From assembly GCA_963729895.1 (NCBI GenBank), contig CAVSQB010000012.1, forward strand, positions 75,998 to 139,997: a stretch of 64,000 nt of DNA, in the 5' to 3' direction. How positions within the stretch are numbered: position 1 is the stretch's first letter; each line of letters opens with the position of its first letter. Under the pieces are notes generated by a model that was given only the letters and a program-made list of their open reading frames with translations, searched no databases and was not told where the DNA came from. The stretch is from an uncultured Fibrobacterota bacterium. GTDB taxonomy: Bacteria; Fibrobacterota; Chitinivibrionia; Chitinivibrionales; FEN-1185. A program made the translations under genes and the position numbers. Below are positions 10,237-20,329 of the stretch, one piece after another.

Positions 10237-11036
10237 ACCTCTTCCCCCGGAACAATGATCATCCGGTTCGAGCCGCGGCAGCGCGCTTCTTCAAACCGTA
10301 CGGTAAAGATGTCGTTCAGTACCGCCGGGCAGTTCTCCTTGAACCGCTCGGTTGTTCCGGCAAAAAACAGTGTCCCGTTGAGCAGGGCCAGAACATTGGA
10401 AAACTTCGTGACCGCAAAATTGACATCGTGCGTAATTGTCACGATGGTCGAGCCGAATTCATGATGAATCCGGTCGAGCGTCCTGGACACCAGCTGCTGG
10501 TGAAGAGGATCCAGAAACGTTGCGGGTTCGTCAAGCAGCAAGATGCTGCTCTCCTGGGCAACGGCGCCGGCCAGGAACACTCGTTGCAGCTCGCCGCCCG
10601 AAAGCGTAGTCATAAGGCGGTCTCGTAGTCCTTCCACGTCGGTCAGGGCAAGCGCCTCCTCTACGATGCGGTTGTCCGCTTCAGTCGGGATTGCCATGAG
10701 TCCCTGGTACGGGAAGCGGGCAAGCATGACGAAATCAAAGACCTTGTAGGGCGCAAGGCTGCGTACGGTTGCCTGTGGAACATACGAGATGATCCGTGCC
10801 CTGGTGCGGGGCTTAAGTGCCGCGATATCGATCCCGTTTATCAAGATACTCCCCGGCCGCACGGCAAGCAGCCCGGCTATGCATTTGATGAGCGTGGATT
10901 TTCCCACCCCGTTCTTGCCGATAATAGACCAGGTCTCACCGCCCCCGATTGAAAAGGAGACTCCGGTGAGGACCGTCTTTTCCCTGTAGGAGTACGACAG
11001 ATTTTGCACATCGATTACAGGAGGTGCTGCTGCCAT
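10233..11036 (-). CDS. btuD: ABC transporter ATP-binding protein (cobalamin)
   Basis: GKNGVGKS, LSGGELQR, LLLDEP, THD. Confidence 0.88.
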   Translation of the reverse strand: MAAAPPVIDVQNLSYSYREKTVLTGVSFSIGGGETWSIIGKNGVGKSTLIKCIAGLLAVRPGSILINGIDIAALKPRTRARIISYVPQATVRSLAPYKVFDFVMLARFPYQGLMAIPTEADNRIVEEALALTDVEGLRDRLMTTLSGGELQRVFLAGAVAQESSILLLDEPATFLDPLHQQLVSRTLDRIHHEFGSTIVTITHDVNFAVTKFSNVLALLNGTLFFAGTTERFKENCPAVLNDIFTVRFEEARCRGSNRMIIVPGEEV

Positions 11037-11037
11037 C

Positions 11038-11937
11038 CTAGCGTTTCCTGTGTTCTTTTCGGAATTCTTCAACGGTCCTTCTGATTTCCCTCAAAATCAA
11101 TGCGATGCGCGGCCCGGGTATGGTCATGTAATCGCCGTTTGGACAGAATACCAGGCTGTTCTTTACAGCCGGGACCATCGACAGCGCTTTCCAGTCATCT
11201 CTCACCTTGTCGTGCAGTGCGCCGGCAGCAGATGTCGTGAGATCCACAATTATATCCGGGGCAAGCCTCATTATTCCCTCAGCCGAGAACGATGGGTATT
11301 CGAAGGATGAGTCGGCGGAGGCGTTTGCGCCGCCCCCGTACTTTATCAACTGATCGTAGAAGCTCTTTGGTCCTGCGATGTACACCTTTGCGATGGCGCC
11401 TGTTCCAGGGTCGTCCCTATCTACACATAACAAAATCTTGGGGCGGCTGGCCGCAGCAGTTGTGTCAGCTATTTCGGCTTTTATCGATTGTACAAGTGAA
11501 TCCGCCTCTCTTGTTTTTCCGAAAAGCCCGCCGATTGTGCGAAACGACCGCAGGATATCCCGGAAGTTTTCGTCATCGATTATCCGAAACGCAATTCCGT
11601 TTTTCGCAAGAAAGGAGGCAATTGACGAATGCTCCCTGAGAAGGAACACCAGGTCGGGTTTGAGCGAAAGGATCATTTCGAAATTAGGGTCCAAATACCC
11701 GCCTATCTGCGGCAGGTTTTGCACCTGCCGAGGGTAGGTACAATACCGTGTGACTCCCACCACCCTGTTGCCAAGACCGAGCGCAAAAAGCGTTTCGGTA
11801 ATGCTTGGCGCAAACGAGATGATACGCTTTGGTGTGGCGGTCGTGGAATGCTGCACAGGCGTGCACCCGGCCAGGGTTGCCACCCAAATGCTCATGCCCG
11901 CAATCAGCGGGCTATGGAGAGATCGCATTCGTATCAT
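11038..11937 (-). CDS. btuF: Periplasmic/lipoprotein cobalamin-binding protein
   Basis: LAGC lipobox; RIISFAPSITETLFALG, VVGVT.YC.YP, ILSLKPDLV, PGPR; start uncertain. Confidence 0.85.
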   Translation of the reverse strand: MIRMRSLHSPLIAGMSIWVATLAGCTPVQHSTTATPKRIISFAPSITETLFALGLGNRVVGVTRYCTYPRQVQNLPQIGGYLDPNFEMILSLKPDLVFLLREHSSIASFLAKNGIAFRIIDDENFRDILRSFRTIGGLFGKTREADSLVQSIKAEIADTTAAASRPKILLCVDRDDPGTGAIAKVYIAGPKSFYDQLIKYGGGANASADSSFEYPSFSAEGIMRLAPDIIVDLTTSAAGALHDKVRDDWKALSMVPAVKNSLVFCPNGDYMTIPGPRIALILREIRRTVEEFRKEHRKR

Positions 11938-12009
11938 CCTCGACCTTAATGAGCCGCGCGATGCCGGTTCCAGCGGCGAGCCGATGCCGTTCGACACTGA
12001 GTAGCCGGA

Positions 12010-13131
12010 CTATCGGGCCGTTTGCAAAAAAGCCAGAGAATTGGGAGGCAGACCGACGTTCTTGGTCGTGCCGATCTTTGCATCTGTCACCGGATCTATA
12101 ACCACAATTCCCGGCGTCGAATTGCTTCGATCACCCACATAAACATACGTCCCGTCAAACGCCATGTGCCCGCTGCAGGGCGCATCGAGGCCGGCAATTC
12201 TGGGGCCCACGGTTTTTGCCTGCGGGTTAAAGGAATGCAGTTCGGTCGTAAACGTCGGAGTTGAAATCACCGCATAGCCCTTTGTGTCGCTCACGACAAT
12301 TATTGAGGCTATGTCGCCAGAAAATGCGGATTCGGTGACTATCGATCCGGTATTGGTATCCGTGCTCAAGTCGATTTCTTCAATTCCAGCATCATTCACT
12401 CCCCATATTCCAACGCTGCCGACATAGAGTTTTCCGTTGAAGATGGATAATTCCTGCGGGTTTTTATAGATAAGGTTGATGGCTTTCTCTAAAGTGTCCG
12501 TTGTTGCATTAATCACAACAATCTTGCTGGTGTCCGCGGCCTGAATATATCCCCCGGCAGGAGCTTTGAGACGTTGGCAGGCAACGTACACTTTGCCGTT
12601 ATAATACAATTCCTTGCTCGCATAGGGAACGCTGTCTGCGTTGACAGTTCCAGCGTAGGTGTCGAATCCCGATAGATCAACCGTCTTACCCGTTCGCACG
12701 CCTGTTGAGGGATTAACAATAACCACTTTCGAGCCGTAGAGTTCCGTGACATAGGCCTTTGATGCGCTCACAAGGGCGATGTCCTGAATATCAACGGACG
12801 CGCCTATGTTCTTTTCGTAAACGACCGTCGATTCCGCGATGGTCGATCCGTTGATTCGCATCAGGTTGTCCTTACCGTACCGTTCGAGCACGTATATCGC
12901 CCCGTTGGACGTTCTGATGTCGTTGTCGGACCAAATCGACAGAAGGTTCGCGTAGGCGGTGGTGTCCGAAATGCTGTAGTAGCCCATGTTGCCCGCGGAA
13001 TAATCGTAGTCGATGGTCACCGCGACAATTGACTGGGCAGATGAGGTTTGGGGCGATGCGGGGTTGGTCTTTTGGGAACAGCCGACACAAAGTGCAAGAA
13101 CACCGAATGTGGTGACAAGAAACCTGTTCAT
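12010..13131 (-). CDS. YncE-like beta-propeller lipoprotein (BtuG-like B12 capture protein candidate)
   Basis: LCVGC lipobox; repeated KAYV/KVYV/KLYV/KGYA..vvvIn..T blades; directly after btuB. Confidence 0.65.
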   Translation of the reverse strand: MNRFLVTTFGVLALCVGCSQKTNPASPQTSSAQSIVAVTIDYDYSAGNMGYYSISDTTAYANLLSIWSDNDIRTSNGAIYVLERYGKDNLMRINGSTIAESTVVYEKNIGASVDIQDIALVSASKAYVTELYGSKVVIVNPSTGVRTGKTVDLSGFDTYAGTVNADSVPYASKELYYNGKVYVACQRLKAPAGGYIQAADTSKIVVINATTDTLEKAINLIYKNPQELSIFNGKLYVGSVGIWGVNDAGIEEIDLSTDTNTGSIVTESAFSGDIASIIVVSDTKGYAVISTPTFTTELHSFNPQAKTVGPRIAGLDAPCSGHMAFDGTYVYVGDRSNSTPGIVVIDPVTDAKIGTTKNVGLPPNSLAFLQTAR

Positions 13132-13263
13132 TTGAAACTCTCCTTTGGTGAACGATGATTGATTGTTGGTATAGGCAAAACGTGTCTTTTCCCAGCCGTA
13201 CGGTCCGGCTGCACATGAACAACTGCTCATGAATGTACGCGTGAATTCATGAGGTTCCTCCTT

Positions 13264-15378
13264 CTAAAACGTGCATTTCAAGACCGCGTATTGCGAAAGG
13301 CCGGGCAACGGCCTCTGGAAATCGTAATTGCGGACATTGAGATAGTTTTCTATTCTGTACGATATGTCGAAATGGGAGCCCAGCGCGCATCCGATGCCAG
13401 CGTCCAATTGTGGAATGTTCTGCACGACGCTGTCGGTGATTCCCGGATTGGTGAAATACCGCGAGATGAATCGGGCCGAATGGCTGGCATACCAGTTCTT
13501 GTACGTTAATTTGATGGTCAGGTCGTCCTTGAACCTCGGCTGCAGAGGCTCGTCTGTTCCGTTCAATTCGGAAATCACACTCGAATGAACGATGTTTTCC
13601 ATATAGCTCACCGAATTCGAGACGGTGAGCCACGGCAAGGCCGTTACCGCCGCATCGCCTTCCACGCCCCAGCCCCGAACGTCCGAAACATTCTTGGGCT
13701 CGAATATGAGGGAGCTCGACGTATATACGATCTTGTTCCTGCAATCGTCCCAGAAGGCCGAGCCCGACAGGGCAAGCCATTGCCGCACAACGGAAAACCC
13801 GAGGTCGTATTCGAGCCTGGTCTCGGGAAAAAGCGCCGAGTTCCCTTTCACGGTCGCGCTTTGGGAATACAATTCAGAAAATCCGGGGCTGCGGCTCGTA
13901 TACTGAACGCTGCCGAGAAGAGAAAGCCAGGAAAGCGGCCGGTACTTCACTTCCGAAAACCCATTCGGGAATCCCTTTTTGGACATTCCGCCGCCCGTCA
14001 TCACCTGCCCGTATGATGTTGAGAAACTGTCGTTGGTGGAATCGATCTGGTATCTGTAAATTCCACCTATGCGGGCGGAAAGACCTCTCAGCAGGTATAT
14101 ATCAACCTCGGCGCCCGCCTTGCCAGTGAGGCGTATGTAACGCGGCGGCTGTGTCTCGCCCGCCGGGGCAAGCATATCCGTGCGGTTGTAGCCGTCGTAA
14201 CTGCCGCTGAGCAAGGCGGTGGCGATCAAATGGCTGGTCACGGTCCATTTGGCAGTTCCCTCAAGACAGCCGAACGGCTGGGTTTCGTCCGTTGAAATGG
14301 GCTGGGTGGTGAGATAATAGGGCCTGCTTCTCTGAAATTTGCGATCGTCTGTTTTCCCCTTTGCGTTTATTGCGATCGTCAAACCGGGATCAATAGTCGT
14401 CGTGTATGACTCCAACAGCATAACGTTGCTGTTTCGCACGGTTCCGTCGTTGAAGCCTGCCTGCGGCAGATAGAAAATTCCCTCGTTCGTGACCAGTGCC
14501 GAAATCTGCGAGGTAAGCCTGCTTCGGTCGTTTATTCTGAAGACGTTCGAGTAGGCGGACGAAAAGGTGGAGAAGAAATTGTTGTCCATTGTTCTTTGCG
14601 AATCGTCGGCCGCGGCCGAACTTCCATACCTCACGATGTTGTCGGTGTAGGGATAATCGTTGTCGGCCCACCCGCAGTTCACCGATAGCCGGTGCGTCAT
14701 GCGGCCGAGCGTCTTTACGAGAACTGCGTTTCCAATACGGTACCCGAACGATCCCGCCTCCAGGGAGGCGGCCACGACATCCTTTTTAGAATCGGTGGTG
14801 AGATCGATCACACCGCCGGCATTATCGCCGAAGATTTCCAGCGGCGGCGTCGATTTGTAAACGGTGACCGTTTCCAGCGACGCCAGCGGAATCTTGGAAA
14901 TGTCCACGGCGTCGCCCGTGGCCCCGTTGAGGGGTAAACCGTCGACGTACACCTGCACCTGGCTGGGCGAGCTGCCGCGGATCGACGCGTCGGCATAATG
15001 GCCGAAACCTCCCCTATCGCAGATCATCACACCCGAAACCGTTTCCAGCACCGACTGCAGATCAACATATTTGCCCGAAAAGTCCTTTGCCTCCAGCGTT
15101 ACCTTGGACGGGGTGTATTCCTTGATTCTGTTTCCGGTGACAACCATTTTGTCAACCGTTGTTGATGAATCGGGCCTGTTCACCGCGCCGATGTTTCGAT
15201 GGCCGCCGGAACTCGCCCGGAGCGTATCTTTTGCCCGGGAACCGGCGTTCGGGAAGGTGTCAAGATTTTCAGTTGGTGGAGGAACGCGAAGGCTGTCCGG
15301 TCCGACCACAGTCGAATCGACATGCATTGCCGCAACGGCGGAAACGCTCAAGCAGGCGGAGAAAAGGAAAACTCGCAC
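13264..15378 (-). CDS. btuB: TonB-dependent receptor (cobalamin)
   Basis: Signal peptide, DKMVVTG TonB-box-like, SIRGS..QV.VYVDGLPLN plug, GGVIDLTT, C-terminal Phe; follows B12 riboswitch. Confidence 0.88.
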   Translation of the reverse strand: MRVFLFSACLSVSAVAAMHVDSTVVGPDSLRVPPPTENLDTFPNAGSRAKDTLRASSGGHRNIGAVNRPDSSTTVDKMVVTGNRIKEYTPSKVTLEAKDFSGKYVDLQSVLETVSGVMICDRGGFGHYADASIRGSSPSQVQVYVDGLPLNGATGDAVDISKIPLASLETVTVYKSTPPLEIFGDNAGGVIDLTTDSKKDVVAASLEAGSFGYRIGNAVLVKTLGRMTHRLSVNCGWADNDYPYTDNIVRYGSSAAADDSQRTMDNNFFSTFSSAYSNVFRINDRSRLTSQISALVTNEGIFYLPQAGFNDGTVRNSNVMLLESYTTTIDPGLTIAINAKGKTDDRKFQRSRPYYLTTQPISTDETQPFGCLEGTAKWTVTSHLIATALLSGSYDGYNRTDMLAPAGETQPPRYIRLTGKAGAEVDIYLLRGLSARIGGIYRYQIDSTNDSFSTSYGQVMTGGGMSKKGFPNGFSEVKYRPLSWLSLLGSVQYTSRSPGFSELYSQSATVKGNSALFPETRLEYDLGFSVVRQWLALSGSAFWDDCRNKIVYTSSSLIFEPKNVSDVRGWGVEGDAAVTALPWLTVSNSVSYMENIVHSSVISELNGTDEPLQPRFKDDLTIKLTYKNWYASHSARFISRYFTNPGITDSVVQNIPQLDAGIGCALGSHFDISYRIENYLNVRNYDFQRPLPGLSQYAVLKCTF

Positions 15379-15433
15379 GGATCGGAATTCCTTGATCCCA
15401 TCCCTCGGGGATCGCCGACGAATTTGACAAAAG

Positions 15434-15599
15434 CATGTTCAGGTAGGTCTCCTGGCTCCCCCATCCGGCGAATCGGCCTTCCCGTTTCGCTGTCGAAACA
15501 GTGGCCGTGGCATTGATACCCTTCGCGCGCGCGAAGAGCGGGGTTACAGTGGCGGGTCCGCTCCCGAATTTAACGGGATTCCCTTGGCACCTCAACATG
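15434..15599 (-). ncRNA. Cobalamin riboswitch
   Basis: Minus strand AGGTG..AAGGGAATCCCGTTAAATTCGGGAGCGGACCCGCCACTGTAA ... GAGCCAGGAGACCTACCT (B12 box), closed by CATGTT/AACATG; upstream of btuB. Confidence 0.93.
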
Positions 15600-15694
15600 A
15601 GAAAGAACGGATTCTAAACTAATTTATTGAAAAGCCTCACACAAGTGAACTCACGGCCCGTTTTACCTGTCCGGGAAGCGGGACGTCGGGCACG

Positions 15695-16066
15695 TTAGGC
15701 CAGGAACGCATTTCTTATATGGTCAATTTTCCCCTTGTAAATCGTTATCACGTCAAAGCGGCAGGCGCGGTCGGCGTACCGGTGTTCGGCAAGATACCGT
15801 TTCGCCATGTTCGCTATGGTGCGCTGTTTCTGCCGCGTCACCCAGAACGCAGGGTTGCCGAAGCGGCCCGATTGCGCCGATTTGACCTCGAGAAACACAA
15901 GCGTGCCCGACGGGTCTTCCGCGATGCAATCCAGTTCGCCGTTCCTCGATTGATAATTACGAGAAAGAACGGTGTAGCCCTGCGAGAGAAGATATTCCGC
16001 GGCCGCGTCCTCGCCGCCGGCGCCTTTGCTGCGGGTATTTTCCCGTAAAGGAACGGCGCTGTTCAT
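15695..16066 (-). CDS. yraN: YraN/UPF0102 family putative endonuclease
   Basis: G..GED.AA.YL..GY, GELDCIA, LVFLEVK, CRFDVI, HIRNAF. Confidence 0.9.
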   Translation of the reverse strand: MNSAVPLRENTRSKGAGGEDAAAEYLLSQGYTVLSRNYQSRNGELDCIAEDPSGTLVFLEVKSAQSGRFGNPAFWVTRQKQRTIANMAKRYLAEHRYADRACRFDVITIYKGKIDHIRNAFLA

Positions 16067-16079
16067 GGGCGGGCCCCCA

Positions 16080-17186
16080 TTATTTGTGGCCGATAAGATG
16101 GTTGAGCAGGAGCGCGGCCAGAATTGCGATAAGGCTCAGCGTGAGCCACTGGTCCTCAAGAAGATCGAGCCAATAGCCTTTGTCAAAGAGAAAGAAAGTG
16201 TTCTGTTTCCTGCGCGAGTGCCGCCGGTCGCCCGAGCGGCGATCGGTGATTCGCTTGTCGGCGTACTTGTCGTCGTCCTGTCCTTCGTCCCGCGGGTCCT
16301 TGTGCACCGCAAACGAAAGCGTAGTGCGGTCGACGCTCTCGTTCAGGTCCACCGAATCGAGATGCTCAAGCATTTCTTCCACGGATTCGTAGCGTTCTTT
16401 CTTGTCTTTTTTGAGCGCCTTGAGGATGATAAGCTCAAGCCGTTTCGGCGTATCACGCCGCTTCACGGACGGCGGAATAGGTATTTCGTGGACATGCTTG
16501 TACGCGGTTGCCACGGGATTGTTCGCGAGAAAAGGAGGCTTCTTCACGAGCATTTCGTAGATCACAATTCCCAGAGAGTAAATATCGGTTGCGGCATCCA
16601 CATCTTCGCCCTCGGCCTGTTCGGGAGACATGTACTCGGGAGTTCCTACCGTGACGCCGGTCATGGTGATGCCCGCCGAGGAAAAGATCTTCGCAATGCC
16701 GAAATCCGACAGCCGGGCGATGTTCTCTTTGTCCAGCAGGATGTTCTGGGGCTTGATGTCCCGGTGAATAACATCCTTGCTGTGCGCGTAGCGAAGCCCG
16801 CGGCAGATCTGTTTGGCAATGTCGATAATCTCGGTTGCCGGAAGTACCTTTTTGCCCTGAATCCTCGCCGACAGGTTTTCACCGTCCACAAACTGCATGG
16901 CGAAAAAACGGTACCCTTTGTCTTCCCCGTAGTCGTAGAGACTCACAATATTCTGGTGCTGGAGCAGCGAGATTGCGTCGGCTTCGATCTTGAAACGTTT
17001 GGAAAGCTCGTCGTTTATTGACAACTGCGGTGGGAGCACTTTGAGCGCCACTATCCGGTTGAGCGGCTCCTGGACGGCTTTGTACACAACGCCCATGCCG
17101 CCCATGCCGATAATCTGGAGGATCTTGAATTTTCCGATGTAGTCCGGCAGATACGCCGGTTCTTTGATGTTGGTTTCCATCGGCAT
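16080..17186 (-). CDS. Hanks-type Ser/Thr protein kinase with C-terminal TM anchor
   Basis: IGMGGMGVVY, VALK, HRDIKPQN, DFGIAK, GTPEYMSPEQ, DIYSLG. Confidence 0.93.
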   Translation of the reverse strand: MPMETNIKEPAYLPDYIGKFKILQIIGMGGMGVVYKAVQEPLNRIVALKVLPPQLSINDELSKRFKIEADAISLLQHQNIVSLYDYGEDKGYRFFAMQFVDGENLSARIQGKKVLPATEIIDIAKQICRGLRYAHSKDVIHRDIKPQNILLDKENIARLSDFGIAKIFSSAGITMTGVTVGTPEYMSPEQAEGEDVDAATDIYSLGIVIYEMLVKKPPFLANNPVATAYKHVHEIPIPPSVKRRDTPKRLELIILKALKKDKKERYESVEEMLEHLDSVDLNESVDRTTLSFAVHKDPRDEGQDDDKYADKRITDRRSGDRRHSRRKQNTFFLFDKGYWLDLLEDQWLTLSLIAILAALLLNHLIGHK

Positions 17187-17238
17187 GAATAACTCCCCGG
17201 TGCAGGCAAGGGTCGAAGAAGACCTTGTCTTAAATTAA

Positions 17239-18139
17239 GGTAATTATAAAGGATCTTGCACCAAATTAGTGATCATTTTGACAAGTTTTTCAAAGAAATT
17301 TTCATGACGATGATTGTACCGAAAAGCCATTTCGTTCAGATACCCTGGAAAGTATTCTTTGGAGACTCCATGGAACTTTGCAAGACGTTCCTTAGCATAG
17401 CTCCAGAAGCCTTCCAAACCGTTAATATAAACTTTGCCTGTGGCAAATCTTTTCCCATGGTCGACTCTCAAATGCCGATAACCGCAGAACATCAGGGCGT
17501 CATAGCCGCGGAATTTGTCAGTGTAAATGATGGAGCCTCGTCTGACCATTTTCACAGTCTCAGTCAACAGGCTTTCGGCAGTGACGTTTTTTACTACTGT
17601 CACCTTCACTTTTCCGTGTCTCTCCAGGATACCAAAGACGGGAACCTTTCCGGCAGCACCCCGGCCACGTTTACCTTTACGCCTGCCGCCGAAGTAGGAT
17701 TCATCGAGCTCAACCTCTCCAGAGAGCCAGAAATCGCTTTCAGCGACCATCAAGGCCCTTCGGATGAGATTACACATCCGCAAGACCGTGGGATAGCTCA
17801 AACCGATCTGAGTTGCTATCCTGCGTGCTGAGACTTCCAGTTCAAAGAGCTTAATGATCCACAGCAGCTTTTTCAGAGGGACGCGGCACTGACCAATCCA
17901 CCGATTCGAGAAGTCATGAAAGGTATTTCCGCATCGTTTGCACCTGAACTTTTTACCTTTTAAACGATAGATTTTATGGCTGTTACAATTGATGCAGAAA
18001 ACATGGCCATTTTTCCAACAGAACTTTCTGAGGAACAATTTTGCCCTGTTTTCAGTTTTCCCTATGAATTCAAAGGTTTCTAATTGACTAAAGCCCATAT
18101 GCACAAGATAATTCCTGTGCAAGATGTTTTATAATCACC
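17239..18139 (-). mobile_element. IS1595-family insertion sequence
   Basis: IRs GGTAATTATAAAGGATCTTGCAC / GGTGATTATAAAACATCTTGCAC; 8-bp TSD TAAATTAA at 17231-17238 and 18140-18147. Confidence 0.9.
17244..18098 (-). CDS. IS1595-family transposase
   Basis: Zn ribbon CINC..CKRC, VELDESYFGG, GKRGRGAAGK, YTD, INGLEGFWS. Confidence 0.92.
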   Translation of the reverse strand: MGFSQLETFEFIGKTENRAKLFLRKFCWKNGHVFCINCNSHKIYRLKGKKFRCKRCGNTFHDFSNRWIGQCRVPLKKLLWIIKLFELEVSARRIATQIGLSYPTVLRMCNLIRRALMVAESDFWLSGEVELDESYFGGRRKGKRGRGAAGKVPVFGILERHGKVKVTVVKNVTAESLLTETVKMVRRGSIIYTDKFRGYDALMFCGYRHLRVDHGKRFATGKVYINGLEGFWSYAKERLAKFHGVSKEYFPGYLNEMAFRYNHRHENFFEKLVKMITNLVQDPL

Positions 18140-20325
18140 TAAATTAAATTACTCCCTTGCACAAATCGCCGGAAATGTATTCCTGAAAGAAGCAAAACAA
18201 GCAGTCCGGCGCAGAGAAGCGACAGGTCGGTCCAGTCGCTGCACTGCCACAGCGGCTGGTCAAACAGGCTCATTTTCTTGAACATTGAAAACACGGGACG
18301 CGCAACGGTGAGATGAGAAAGGAACGCTCCCGCGACCGGCATTTCATCAAACGGCATGAGAATTCCTGAAAAGAAGATCTGAGGAATGAATATGATGGGC
18401 AGGAAGCTGACGGCCATGTTGACATTGCGCGAAAATGCGCTTATGCACAGCCCGAGCAGGGACCCGGCCGCGCACGCGGCGCACAGGAGGAATCCGCTGC
18501 CCGCATCGAATCGAAATCCGGCAAACAGAAAGTGAATGGATGCGCCAAAAACAATTCCCTGCAACGCGCCCAAAGCGCAAAAGACCACCACCTTCGAAAG
18601 ACAATACGCGGTCTTCGACAGGCCTATCCTGAATTCCCTTTCAATCACCAACCATTCGCGGGCGATTTCGCGCGCCGAATTCATTCCCCCCATCCATATC
18701 ACCGAAATCGACAGGCAGAAATAAAAGGAAAGCGGGAGAAACGTGCTGTCCGGCTTGAATACAAACGCCAGCAAAATTGCGATGAGAGGCGCCTGCGCAA
18801 GCACGAGGCCGAGTGTCCGGGCGTCCCGCACCAGAATCCTCGAGTACCGGATCGAAAGCAGCACCATCTGTCGAACAAACGAGACGCTTTTGGGCCTGTA
18901 CAATCGTGCCTCGGCGGCGTGCCTTGCTGCGGGCGTTGTGCGACCCATGCCGCGCTTTCTTTGCGGCACGAGAGCCGGGCCCGCCGGTGTAGCGGTCAGA
19001 AGGCTTCTCGCTTTCTCGTACACCTCTGCGAGAGCAACGGTGCCGAAATTTTTCAGCATTTCGCCCGGCGTTCCGAAGAATACCAGCCTGCCGCGCGAAA
19101 CAAAAAGCAATTTGTTGCACAACTCGATCTGTTCCAGCGTGTGGGTCGTAAGAAGAATCGTGTGTCCCTTATCGCAAATCGACCGAAACAGTTCCATAAA
19201 CTTGTGGGTGAGCCCAGGGTCGAGGCCCGCGAGCGGCTCATCAAGGAAGATCACGGTCGGCGAAGAGAGCAGTTCAATGCCGAAGTGAACGCGCTTGGCC
19301 TCCCCTCCCGACAGGTCCGCAATTCTCCTGTTCCTGAGGCCGGCCAGGTCGAGGAGATCCGTCACTTCACGAATGCGCTCCCGATGCTCCGCGGGCAAGC
19401 TGTCGCGCGGCAGCCGCAGGATGCTTTGTTCCGTAAAGGTCTCGAGCACCGTGAGCTCCTGACGAAGGAGGTTCTGCTGCGTCACGAACCCGATGGTCGA
19501 ATTGAAGGCCGAACAGAACCTGCGCATAGGGAGCCCGTTATAAAAAATCGAGCCGCCCGACAGAGGAATCTGGCCGGTGAGCGCATAGGCCAGCGTCGAC
19601 TTGCCCGCGCCCGACGGGCCCAAAATCGCAACGAACTCGCCCGGCTCGATTGCCAGGGAAACGTCGCTGATGAGCGTCGATCGTCCGCGCTGGACGCTAA
19701 CGTCGAAGGCCTCAATGGAGATCCTGTTGAAATCCTGGGCCTTCTTAAGGGAGCCGTTGTCCAAAAAGAAACGGTACGGTCCGATCTGCACAATATCGCC
19801 ATCGTCAAGGAACCTGTTGTGGACCGGATTGCCGTTCACAAACGTTCCGTTTGTGCTGGCGTGATCCTCAATGGAGTACCGGTGTCCGCCCGCCGATTTG
19901 AATGTCGCGTGAAACCGGGAAACGAGCGGATGAGACAGGCAGATGATGCTTGAGGGATCGCGGCCGATGGTGACGACGTCGCGCTCCTGTAATTGGTGAG
20001 CATTGTCCGCCGGCTTTTCAGCCTCTTTGAAAGGAACAAGCGTGATATTCTCTTTGTCAATCAGCACTTTGAATTTTGTCACGCCGGCGGCGAGAATCGA
20101 ACCGTCGGAAAGCGCTGTTCCCGCGGTCGGCTTTCCATCAACGCGAGTGCCGAACGTGCTCCTGCAATCTTCGACCGCAACGGAGTCCCGAGTGACGTGT
20201 ACAATTGCGTGAAGGCGCGAAGCGCCGATTCCTTTGAGCGGAACGTCACACGAAGGGTCGCGGCCGATGGTTATCCTCGCGGTAGTTCTCGGAAAGACGA
20301 ATCCTGAAGAAGCAGTGTCTGGCAT
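18139..20325 (-). CDS. FHA-FHA-ABC ATPase-ABC2 permease fusion (Rv1747-like exporter)
   Basis: Two FHA domains (IGR..SRLHA..STFGT; IGR..SRFHA..STNGT), GPSGAGKS, LSGGEAKR, FLDEP, REIARE...RE in 6-TM domain; ATG 20325 just after gmk stop. Confidence 0.9.
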   Translation of the reverse strand: MPDTASSGFVFPRTTARITIGRDPSCDVPLKGIGASRLHAIVHVTRDSVAVEDCRSTFGTRVDGKPTAGTALSDGSILAAGVTKFKVLIDKENITLVPFKEAEKPADNAHQLQERDVVTIGRDPSSIICLSHPLVSRFHATFKSAGGHRYSIEDHASTNGTFVNGNPVHNRFLDDGDIVQIGPYRFFLDNGSLKKAQDFNRISIEAFDVSVQRGRSTLISDVSLAIEPGEFVAILGPSGAGKSTLAYALTGQIPLSGGSIFYNGLPMRRFCSAFNSTIGFVTQQNLLRQELTVLETFTEQSILRLPRDSLPAEHRERIREVTDLLDLAGLRNRRIADLSGGEAKRVHFGIELLSSPTVIFLDEPLAGLDPGLTHKFMELFRSICDKGHTILLTTHTLEQIELCNKLLFVSRGRLVFFGTPGEMLKNFGTVALAEVYEKARSLLTATPAGPALVPQRKRGMGRTTPAARHAAEARLYRPKSVSFVRQMVLLSIRYSRILVRDARTLGLVLAQAPLIAILLAFVFKPDSTFLPLSFYFCLSISVIWMGGMNSAREIAREWLVIEREFRIGLSKTAYCLSKVVVFCALGALQGIVFGASIHFLFAGFRFDAGSGFLLCAACAAGSLLGLCISAFSRNVNMAVSFLPIIFIPQIFFSGILMPFDEMPVAGAFLSHLTVARPVFSMFKKMSLFDQPLWQCSDWTDLSLLCAGLLVLLLSGIHFRRFVQGSNLI

Positions 20326-20329
20326 TGGG

